Positions 21,931 to 30,901 of a stretch of 33,474 nucleotides of DNA are shown here, piece after piece. The position numbers and the translations under genes were made by a program. Each line of letters starts with the position of its first letter. The stretch's first letter is position 1. Under the pieces are notes generated by a model. That model saw nothing but the letters and a program-made list of their open reading frames with translations. It searched no databases and was not told the DNA's origin. The DNA is from Candidatus Altimarinota bacterium (GTDB lineage Bacteria; Patescibacteriota; Gracilibacteria; BD1-5; JAGOOR01), in contig JBFZBA010000017.1 in assembly GCA_041308705.1 (NCBI GenBank), positions 1-33,474 of the forward strand. The letters run 5' to 3'.

Positions 21931-22929
21931 TTATTTTTTTTCGTTATAGATGAATCCTACTATATTTTTATTTTTTATCTTCTCGACACGGGTTGTCACT
22001 TTCCAGAGTCCAGCATAATTCATATCTTTAACGACCATTGTACCAGCCTTTGCATTGACACTCATGACGATTCCGACATGTCCGTAAGTGAGATTATAGC
22101 CTGGACCATACCAGACAACTATAGCCCCCGGTCTCGCTACTTGACCAGTTTTAAATCCTGCGGCATTAGCATTTTTATACCAATTTCTCGCGTTTCATCG
22201 CCATTTCACTGGCCAATATTGAGCTACAAAATAGGTACAATGACCAGGAACAAATCCTGCCCCACCTTTATTGATGAGCTTGAGAGTAAAGGTTCCAGTA
22301 TTAGGCTCACCTTGACCACCAGAAACACTACCAGCATTATCGATAGCAATTGATGGTCTCTGTGCATCAGGGAGGAAGAGTGTAATACCAGTCGGAAGTA
22401 CATCTCAGAGGAGGTTCGCTGTACGGATTTTCTCGCTTGTGGTCTTGAATTTGATAGCTATGGCATCGAGTGTATCTCCTCTCTTGGTCGTATACATGAT
22501 ACCATCACCTGGTGGGATGATGAGTTTCTGACCGACACGGAGGGTATCAGTGGAGAGATTGTTTGCCCAGCGAACAGTGTTCGCAGACATACCAAATTGT
22601 TCGGCTATTTCTCAAATTGTATCACCACTCTGAACGAGATATTCCTCAACTGTAGACCGCTGATTTCCCTCGGGAGAAGTCTGTGGATCGATAAAATCAG
22701 CATCAGTAACATCTGTATATTCATTGATAATAGATGTCTCGTTGATATTTACACCAAGCGCACCTCTGTTAGAACCATCATAGATAAAAGCACCAAATAC
22801 GGGATAAATGGGTAATAAAACGACGAGTGAGAGAATGAGAAGAGAATTAGAAGTCCTCACCCTCTTCATCCGTGCTCGGCGAAGAGCACGACGGTCGCGA
22901 AGATACTTGGATATAATTTTTGGAAGCAA
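21931..22929 (-). CDS. Membrane-anchored LysM-LysM-CHAP peptidoglycan hydrolase, paralogue of 20779..21927
   Basis: Pieces 22612..22929 and 22405..22590 plus the downstream stretch are joined through TGA 22612, 22405 and 22195. Motifs: LLILSLVVLLPIYPVFG anchor; YLVQSGDTI-G-EIAEQFGM and YTTKRGDTLDAIAIKF (LysM); GHCTYFV...WR-G-NARNW...YGHVGIV (CHAP). TAA at 21931. The start is uncertain: TTG 22929, or ATG 22869. Confidence 0.8.
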
Positions 22930-22949
22930 GCAGGGAGATTAAGGACAAA

Positions 22950-23258
22950 CTACGCGCTGATCGAAGTAACTTCGAGCTTTGTCTGTGCAGCGCGGAAACC
23001 AGCTGTACGATGGTAGTGTTTCTTTGATTTCATTTTGAAGACGCGAACCTTGTCACCTCGTGTGTGTTCTGTCACTTTGCATTCTACCTTTGCACCATCG
23101 AGAAAAGGAGCACCGACCTTGGTACCTGTAGCCTCATCTGCGACGAGAAGTGGTGTAAATGTGTGTGATTCGAGGGCTTCATCGAGTCTATCTACTGTGA
23201 TGATATCACCTTGTTTGACGATGTATTGTTTGCCTCCTGTTTCGATAACTGCAATCAT
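22950..23258 (-). CDS. rplU: 50S ribosomal protein L21
   Basis: Reads MIAVIETGGKQYIVKQGD...KVRVFKMKSKKHYHRTAGFRAAQTKLEV. This is an intact ORF-track entry. Confidence 0.9.
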   Translation of the reverse strand: MIAVIETGGKQYIVKQGDIITVDRLDEALESHTFTPLLVADEATGTKVGAPFLDGAKVECKVTEHTRGDKVRVFKMKSKKHYHRTAGFRAAQTKLEVTSISA

Positions 23259-23402
23259 AATATTGGATTAGATGGCTGTATTGTATATATTTTTTTAATC
23301 TGGCAAGTTTTTATACTCTAAAAGTGCGCAAAACATGATTTGTATGCGATTTTTTGATTTTTTATTTTTGATTTTTTATTTGCCAGCTATACTTCCCTGC
23401 AT

Positions 23403-24038
23403 ATGAACACAAAAAAACACATCATGCTCATGGGCATCCAGGGCTCTGGTAAGGGCACACAAGCCGCTCTCATCAACAAAAACTATGGCTATATCAGCCT
23501 CGAAACAGGCGCTATACTCCGCTCTGTCCTCGAAAATCCATCACATAAGCACTACCAGGCAGTTGCAGACACAGTCCCTCATGGCATCATGACACCTGAT
23601 TCTGTGATTTTTGACCTCATACGAGAATTCATCGATAATCACCCAGACAACCATATCCTCATAGACGGAGCTGTCCGAAATATCGCTCAGAGAGAGTTTT
23701 TCGATGCTATCACGACTGATTACTGCGTCATACACCTGACTCTCACCGAAGAAGAGGCATTGCGAAGACTCCAGGGTCGCAAGATGGATCCCGTCACAAA
23801 AGAGATATTTGGAAGTGATTTCGAGGGGGATACCAATCCTGAGACAGGAAACAAGCTCGTGATACGAGTCGACGACACCGATGTTGAGAAAATCCACAAA
23901 CGATTCGCATGGTACCGCACAGACATCGTCCCCCTCCTCGAGAGCTGGAAAACCGACGGAGTCGAATATTACACGATAAATGGCGAACAACCTCGCGAAG
24001 CCGTGTGGAGTGAGATTGAAGGGATATTGAATTCTTAA
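23403..24038 (+). CDS. adk: Adenylate kinase (211 aa)
   Basis: P-loop MLMGIQGSGKGTQA; ILIDGAVRN; a long LID region without Cys; RVDD. Intact ORF with TAA stop. Confidence 0.85.
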   Translation: MNTKKHIMLMGIQGSGKGTQAALINKNYGYISLETGAILRSVLENPSHKHYQAVADTVPHGIMTPDSVIFDLIREFIDNHPDNHILIDGAVRNIAQREFFDAITTDYCVIHLTLTEEEALRRLQGRKMDPVTKEIFGSDFEGDTNPETGNKLVIRVDDTDVEKIHKRFAWYRTDIVPLLESWKTDGVEYYTINGEQPREAVWSEIEGILNS

Positions 24039-24084
24039 ATTAGGAGAAAATTGACAATTATAATAATATAATTATTATAATTAT

Positions 24085-24714
24085 ATGAAAGTATATCATT
24101 ATAGCCGACTTGATAAATGGGAAGATATTGAGAACGGCTCCTGGGAAAGCAAAAATAAACCTGGGTTAGCAACAAATAATAGAATGGGGCATGCAGATAA
24201 TGAAGCCTACAATTGTAGAGCGGTATTCGCTTTGTTGGATCCACTACCAAGTACTTGGGTATATAATCCTCACTTTATACAAATATGGAGTCATTTAAAG
24301 CGTCATGTTGGCAGACTATTACTAGAAATAGATATAGATCCGAAGAAAGACCCTGTCTTTGTGATAGATAGAGCACATGTAGAGGGACATCTATATAAGG
24401 AGAAAGAGGGCATTCCAGAAAAATATTTACACGGTTCATTGGCAGAAGCTGAGGGGGCCTATATGAAAAGCAAGATTGCATTAGGGGATTATTTGAATAA
24501 TACAGAGGGGCAGGCATACTCTCTACCTGAAGTAATAATTACAAAACAAGTACCTCTAAAAAAAATAAAAATTTCTGAGGAACAGCCTTTTATTGATGAA
24601 GACTTAGAAATATATACCGAAGCATGAATACAGAGAATCATTAGCAAACTGGAAAGAGTTCCAAAAATTGCAGAATTATATAGAAAACGAATACTAGCTA
24701 AAGTTTCACATTAA
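24085..24714 (+). CDS. Hypothetical protein (209 aa)
   Basis: ORF 24085..24627 continues through TGA 24625 to the TAA at 24712-24714. I recognise no motif. A TTGACA hexamer lies at 24051-24056 upstream. Confidence 0.5.
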
Positions 24715-24747
24715 ACTCTCAAACCAGAGCTTTATCAAAATAATATA

Positions 24748-25158
24748 TTAAATCTGCATCAAAACTGCGGCAACCAAGACGCCAATCATGCTACCGACGA
24801 GAGTTTCTGATGGGAGGTGTCCGAGAGATTCATTGAGTTGTTTTTCTCCTTTTATCTTATTGAGGGCGTGAGCGTGGAGACCTGATTGGTAGCGGATATT
24901 CATCGCATCATAGATGACGATAGCAGCGAAGACGAGTGCGAGGACGAAGAGGTCGTGAAGTGGACCGTATTTGATACCGATAGCCGTTGCGAGACTCGCG
25001 ACGAGTGCTGAGTGACCAGACGGCATACCTCCTGTAGAGAGCATAGACTGGAGATGGAATCGATTTTTCCTCCACAAAAATAATCCTTTTAAAAGTGTTG
25101 CAACGATATACGCAGCAAGTGGTATGAGGATGATATGTTGAGCGAAAAAATAATTCAT
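24748..25158 (-). CDS. Divergent PAP2 / DUF212-type membrane protein (acid phosphatase / vanadium haloperoxidase-related)
   Basis: 136 aa and hydrophobic. Contains the GGMPSGHSA signature typical of the YuiD/DUF212 family. Confidence 0.7.
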   Translation of the reverse strand: MNYFFAQHIILIPLAAYIVATLLKGLFLWRKNRFHLQSMLSTGGMPSGHSALVASLATAIGIKYGPLHDLFVLALVFAAIVIYDAMNIRYQSGLHAHALNKIKGEKQLNESLGHLPSETLVGSMIGVLVAAVLMQI

Positions 25159-25641
25159 TTAGGCTATTTCCATGAGTTTATAAGAAAACTTCCCTGCGCG
25201 AGCGACGCCTTCAACAGTCTCACCCTCTGCCTTGCCCATGACAGCCTGACCGAGAGGTGATTCATTTGAGATGCGGTGTTCGAGTATATCAGCTTCTGTA
25301 CTACCGACGAGGACATATTCCTGTACTGGAGAACCCTTTTCTGTACCCATCTTGAGTGTGAATTTGCTACCGATAGTGACGACATTGTTTTTCTTTGCCT
25401 TCTTATCTGTATCGAGGATTTCATAGTTTTCCATGATTTCTTCAATCTCAGAGATACGGAGCTCGACTGCAGCCTGTTCATCACGAGCTGATTGATATTC
25501 AGAATTTTCTGAGAGATCTCAGTATCCGATAGCGACTTTGAGCTTTTCAGCGATTTCCACGCGTTTTACATTACGCAAGTCGTCGAGCTCGAGGTGGAGC
25601 TTTTCGAGACCTTCGTTGGTGAGTTGATATTTCTTTGGCAT
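25159..25641 (-). CDS. greA: Transcription elongation factor GreA (160 aa)
   Basis: ATG at 25639-25641. Reads MPKKYQLTNEGLEKLHLEL...AIGY-G-DLSENSEYQSARDEQ (G = TGA 25519-25521). The C-terminal domain ends ...SNESPLGQAVMGKAEGE. Confidence 0.88.
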
Positions 25642-25684
25642 AGTGGGAAAATAGAGAGTAAATATTGAGTGAAGTATAGAAAAA

Positions 25685-26185
25685 TTATTGCAAAAGCAAA
25701 CTCTTGAGGTCGTTGTACTCATCCCGAAGGACTTCAAATCAAACAGCGCGACCATCAACTTCTGTGATAAATCTAACTATCTGACCGTCACCAGTTTTAT
25801 CATTGAGAAACATCGTCTTGCCAAAGAAATCAGTCGTATCCTGAAAATCATAGAGATTGGAGAGGAGGAGCAGGTTGCGACGGATGAGAGCGTAATCGTT
25901 TTCAAATACATACATACGGATACGATCTGCAACAGTTATCTCCACAGGAAAGGTAAATATAAACGCTCCAAATACATCATTCTGAGTAGATTTACGGAAT
26001 TGATAGGTATTTTCTACCTTTGAGAGAACTTTGTCATTTACACTCGTGCTAATAATCGGTCTCCGAGTATCAGAAGGCGTAGTAGAATTAGTCGATCCAT
26101 TCTGAGAACGAAAAAAGAGGACTATGAGAAAAAACGCAAAAATCCCTGTACACAGAAAGATGATATAGGCGATGGTACGAAGCAT
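25685..26185 (-). CDS. Hypothetical single-pass membrane protein
   Basis: Starts MLRTIAYIIFLCTGIFAFFLIVLFF. There is one in-frame TGA (25739) and a TAA at 25685. An alternative TTG start lies at 26218. Confidence 0.5.
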
Positions 26186-26227
26186 AGAACTATAATAAGA
26201 ATTGGATACAAAATGCAAGAGAGCCTT

Positions 26228-27193
26228 CTATCAAATTTGATTTATCCAATTCTGAATTTTTGGGAACATGACTTTCCTGTCAAGTCAATATTTCATCCAG
26301 AGTTCACGATGTGTCCCCGATTCAGCAAATGTATCAGCAATACCGATTTTGAGGAGTCGAGTCGGATATTCCTCAGAAAGTACGGAAGCAACGGCATCAC
26401 CAAGTCCTCATTCGATATTGTGTTCTTCGATAACGACGACTTTGTGAGTCTTCTGAGCTGAAGCTATAATACCCTCACGGTCGAGAGGTTTGATGGTATG
26501 GATATTCAGAAAATCAACAGACTTCCCTTCTACGATGAACGACTGAGCGACCTGAAGAGCCTCGTAGACCATCGAGCCTGTGGCAATAATTGTGACATCC
26601 GTCCCGTCGAGAAGTCTCTGAGCTTTGCCTATCTCTATCGGTGTGTCATCGAGAAATACTGGGAAATCAGCACGCGTCACACGGATATAATCGACACCTT
26701 CGCCATCCGCCATCGCCGCAACCATCTGTATCGCTTGATTATAATCCGCAGGAGACAATACGCGTACGCCAGGAAGTGCACGCATCATAGCTATATCACT
26801 CTCCATCTGTGCACTCGCGCCATCAGGACCGACATTGAGGCCATAGTGACTTCCGACGACTTTCAGAGGCAGGTGTGACATCGCTGCGAGTCGGATCTGA
26901 CTGAAATTCAGCCCCGGACTAAACGCAGCAAATGAAGTAATAAATGGAATCTTGCCTGCATGTGCCATACCAGTAGCAATACCTGCCATATTCTGCTCAG
27001 CAACACCGACCTGGAAATACCTCTCAGGAAATTCATGGATAAATCATTCGAGCTTTAGTGAACCTGGGAGGTCAGCATTGAGGACGACAACGCTCGAATT
27101 CTTGCGAGCGAGCTTTACTACTCCCTCTCCCCATCCAGCGCGGATAGATTTCTTTGTGAGTCAGGATTCGTCGAACCAGTTTGGCAATAACAT
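26228..27193 (-). CDS. Transketolase, C-terminal (pyrimidine-binding plus C-terminal domain) subunit (321 aa)
   Basis: ATG at 27191-27193. Reads [42 protein letters not shown]...IEEHNIE-G-GLGDAV...[11 protein letters not shown]. In-frame TGA at 27161, 27044, 26408, 26285 and 26231. TAG stop at 26228. Confidence 0.88.
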
Positions 27194-27314
27194 ACAAGTT
27201 TACTAAATTGATAAGTTTCTTAAGTTTATTATGTTCAGGGACATATGAAATGCAATGAATTATTCCCAACTTTGTAAACTTAACAAGCCCAGTAAGCCTA
27301 GTGAGCATCTAAAT
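27194..27314 (-). repeat. Conserved intergenic cassette, copy 1 (121 nt), between the Cys-ladder gene A stop and the transketolase start
   Basis: Gapless alignment to 30781-30901 (offset 3587) with 9 mismatches in 121 nt. There are only 2 mismatches in the 91 nt at 27224-27314. Confidence 0.85.
27228..27255 (-). promoter_or_regulatory. Predicted sigma70-type promoter inside cassette copy 1 (-35 TTGCAT, 16-nt spacer, -10 CATAAT)
   Basis: The minus strand reads TTGCAT-ttcatatgtccctgaa-CATAAT, about 35 nt upstream of the transketolase ATG. Confidence 0.4.
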
Positions 27315-29042
27315 CTAGTAGACTAATTTCCTATAACACTCCTCACACACCACCTTCTCAGGTCTCTCCGGAGCATAGGTAGTAATTATAGGTTTCTGAC
27401 ACTCTGAGCAAGTCCTCTCATACAGTGTTCGAGGATTTCTCAGATCCATTCTTTCCTTATGTCTCTGGTCTGGATGCTTCGTGGGGATAGGAAGAGAATG
27501 TTCTATGTAGAAAGCCAGTTCTTGTCGGATGATTTTAAAGGGTTTGCCTGTTACTTCACACTGTACTATTCCTGAGAGAAGAATATCAATATTCTTCTGT
27601 GCTGTGTCGTATCCTACTTTCTTCTCATCATACTGGGATATGGGGAGTGGTGTGAGAGAAGACCCTTCAAAGGTCTTTACTGGTTCATCATACCATCTCC
27701 ATCCACGAGACTTCACTTCTTCTTCAGTAAGTGGGAAGTATTCCTGTGCCAGACTCTCATTATATCACCATGGTGCATCAGATATTGAGAAGAATTCGCC
27801 CCATGTTCACTCGTGTGTCATGGCATCAATGATGTTGCCTACCATGGTTTCATATTCGTGGACTCAGTAGGGTTTATTGAGAATGCAATGGTGTTCATGG
27901 TTGTGCAATCAGACACATCAGAAACAATTCTGTATACTATTGCAGTCCTGAGAATAGATCACATTGGAAACATCCTTCCATACATCTGCACAAAAAAGAA
28001 GATTCTGAGAATTCTGACCGACAATTGAACATTCGTAGCACCACTCAACATTCCAGCCAAAATTATCGACATCCATGAGATTTTTACCTGTTTTTATATT
28101 GCTACAATACCGCAATTTCTCACAATCAGAGCACTCGAAACATTGGTAACAATCAGATGCATTGATGATATGATTTCCTATTGAATTCTCTACTTTCGTT
28201 CATTCAAAATAACGCTTTGGCTGAGTAGAGATCCATGTTCTAATTTTGGGAACCAATAATCCTATATCAAGAGTCTGCAGTTGATTGAAATAGTCTTCTT
28301 TGGTATACTGTTTATTGGCAATACAGTATGATTGATTCGTGAGATTGGCACAAGAAAAACAATCACTACAACCCGTACACGCATGACAAACGAGACAATC
28401 GCTACACCGTGTTAACCCCTGGGAATAGAAACATCTTTCACAGTTATTGCAGTCAATACACTCATAACAATCACGACATTCGTATATCGAGAGACAATCA
28501 ACACACATCTCGGATCGGACAAACATTGCCGTGTAATAGAGTTTTTCAGAGTTTCATCCATTGAAGGAGAGATAACTATCTTTGAGATTATTAGCATTAT
28601 TACAATAATCTGAATTTTCTAAAAGAGAACAACTGCGCGCAAAATGAGGAACTCTCAGTGCGAGGGAGTCGATTTGTTCAAGAATTGGAATGTCTGGATT
28701 ATATTGCTGACCATATTCGAGAGGATTCCAGCTATCACTATAATAGATATCATTCTCATATACGGAGTACGCTTTGTCTTCTGAGTGCATACTAAATATT
28801 GTTTCATCCGAGTAACTACTTTTTCGGAGGTACATTTTTCGCTGATTTCTGTAGCTTATTCTTCGTCTCATCCTCTCCTCCGGACACAATGTCGGGCTCG
28901 GAATACTATATTTCTTCCCTCCAAATATTGGTGAAACTTTATCCAGAAATTCCAAATCTTTGTCCGTCACAAGGAACTCCTGCCCACTCATGCGACACTT
29001 TTTTGTTTCAACGATTTTTTCACCAGGAAGAAGGATGGGCAT
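27315..29042 (-). CDS. Cysteine-ladder repeat protein, paralogue A (575 aa)
   Basis: ORF-track pieces 28554..29042, 28200..28526, 27918..28115 and 27315..27716 share one frame and are joined through TGA 28554, 28200, 27918, 27909, 27864, 27807 and 27765. The register is confirmed by plus-strand ORFs 27529..27870 and 27813..28028. ATG at 29040-29042; TAG at 27315. Confidence 0.8.
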
Positions 29043-29049
29043 ATATTGT

Positions 29050-30780
29050 TTAATAAATTTCGCGTCTGTATGCTTCCTCCGAGAGGACTTTCTCAGGTCT
29101 CTCAGGAGCGTATGGAGTGATGATATCTACACCCGTCGAACTACATTTTCTCTCATAGAGAATAGTACCGGCTCTATATTCTTTTATACGATTTGCATGG
29201 CGGACTTGAGGATGAACGGTTGGAATAGGGAGAGAATTTTCTATGAGAAACCCGAGCTCTCTTTTCTGTAAACGAAATGGACGACGGGACTCGGTACAGA
29301 TAATCATAGCACTGAGAATCTCATCAATATTTTTCTGTGCTAGTTCAAAACCAACAACTTTTTCATCATACTCAGAAATATGCTTCGGCGTATATCCTGA
29401 TTCTCCCGTGAGAGGCTCTCTCTCGATAAATTGTCATCATCGTTCTGTGACTTCAGAGGGGCTCAGCGGTGTATAGTCCATCCCCACTGTTTCGTTGTAA
29501 CCGTAGGGAGAATATTTCATAGGGAAAAACTCTCACCATTCACCCGTTGTCTTCATATGTTCTATCATCTTTGTTGTCAGAGTCTCATATTCCTGAACTG
29601 AATACGGCTTATTGAAGAGACAGTATTTCCCTTTTTTGATACCAGCACAACCAAAACAATCCTGGCTCGATATGACATTGAGCGAGTAGTAAATATTCTG
29701 TGAATTATCCCAACACATGGCACAAAATGCACACGAATTCACATTGAGACCTGTCGCAAGAGACTGATAGATGAAGCTCGAGTTCTCTCAGTAAATAAGA
29801 TGATCCTGACAATTTTTTGCATTAAAAATGTAGAAAGTATTTTTGCAGTCCTCCAGATGATGTCATTCAAATGAATTATAAGTATTCCGAGAATGAGATA
29901 GATAATCTCCTGTGCAGGATTCATTGTTTGTACCGTGCATATACTTCACAGGATATTCTGGTCTCTTTTTCTGGAAGTAGGCAAACATCTCTGCGTATGT
30001 CTGCTTTCCGAGTATTTCTTGTTTTCTTTTTTTATATTCTTCGGGTGAATATTGGATATTGTTAATACAGTATTCTTTTCTGTACTGATTGAAACAGAAG
30101 AGACAATCATGGCAACCCGTACAACCAAAACAAAATGAGAGATCATTACAATTCTCACAATCAGTGGAGAAAAAAACAGCATTACATCCTGAACAATTGA
30201 AGCATTCGTAGCAATGATCACACTGAAACATGATTTCTCCATCGAGAGAATTATTGCAGTGTGTAGAATTACCGAGATAGTAACAATTCTCGAGGTAATC
30301 AACATCGAAACACATATAACAATTTTTGAGATTTCCTGCAGCGTTATTGTACTCTGAATTTTCTAATCGGAGGGCTGAGATGGAGAGCAGAGGAGCCACC
30401 TTCATGAGTTCATGAAATTGGTCAAAAAAAGGCTTATCCCAATCTGGAGATCGCGCCGAATCAAAACATGACCAGTCATCACTCCACCAGGCTTCAGTCC
30501 CATAAACCTGATAAGGAGAATCAGGGTGATACATGGAGATGATATCTTTACCAGTAAGCCCACATTTGCGTCGATAGATATTTCTCTCATTTCTCCAAGC
30601 AAATTTCTGAATCATCCGTTCGTAGGGAGATGTAGTCGGAGTAGGGAAATTCATCTTCTTCCCAGCAAGTACTGGAGACACTTTGTCATAAAATTCCAAA
30701 TCTTTGTCAGTCACAAAGAATTCCTCACCAGAGATCCTACATGTTTTTGTTTTTACGATTTTTTCACCGGGAGGGAGCAT
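29050..30780 (-). CDS. Cysteine-ladder repeat protein, paralogue B (576 aa)
   Basis: Pieces 29863..30780, 29533..29742 and 29050..29307 share one frame and are joined through TGA 29863, 29788, 29533, 29437 and 29434. ATG at 30778-30780; TAA at 29050. The stop lies 8 nt upstream of the paralogue A start. Confidence 0.82.
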
Positions 30781-30901
30781 ACAAGTTGATTAAGTTGGTA
30801 AGTTTTTGAGGTTTATTATGTTCAGGGACATATGAAATGCAATGAATTATTCCCAACTTGGTAAACTTAACAAACCCAGTAAGCCTAGTGAGCATCTAAA
30901 T
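30781..30901 (-). repeat. Conserved intergenic cassette, copy 2 (121 nt), between the paralogue C stop and the paralogue B start
   Basis: See copy 1. The start codons (27191 and 30778) and the upstream stop codons (27315 and 30902) sit at identical offsets. Confidence 0.85.
30815..30842 (-). promoter_or_regulatory. Predicted sigma70-type promoter inside cassette copy 2 (-35 TTGCAT, 16-nt spacer, -10 CATAAT)
   Basis: The sequence is identical to 27228-27255. Confidence 0.4.

Noticed and set aside
23348-23381. Tandem GATTTTTT(ATTT) units upstream of adk.
   Set aside because: This is a short T-tract, low-complexity sequence in a divergent promoter region (rplU/adk). It is probably an UP-element-like AT tract rather than a discrete repeat element.
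27072-27308. A small ORF starting 5 nt after the Cys-ladder stop inside the duplicated cassette (MLTRLTG(F/L)VKFTKLGIIHCISYVPEHNK...).
   Set aside because: The two copies diverge and run into the next gene in a different frame with different ends. The predicted promoter lies inside the ORF. With so few substitutions, coding and non-coding cannot be distinguished. I treated it as non-coding but did not exclude it.
27716-27782. An apparent pair of compensating frameshifts and a TAA splitting Cys-ladder paralogue A.
   Set aside because: This was again a copying slip on my part. The plus-strand ORF 27529..27870 translation (…DFTSSSVSGKYSCARLSLYHHGASDIEK…) fixes the sequence. The minus frame then reads straight through: GEFFSISDAPWGYNESLAQEYFPLTEEEVKSRGWRWYD.
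29434-29439. The tandem TGA-TGA in paralogue B aligns with G-W of paralogues A and C (RGWRW), which hinted at UGA = Trp.
   Set aside because: One of the two positions matches Gly and the other Trp, so the site is uninformative. The many housekeeping-gene positions all support Gly.
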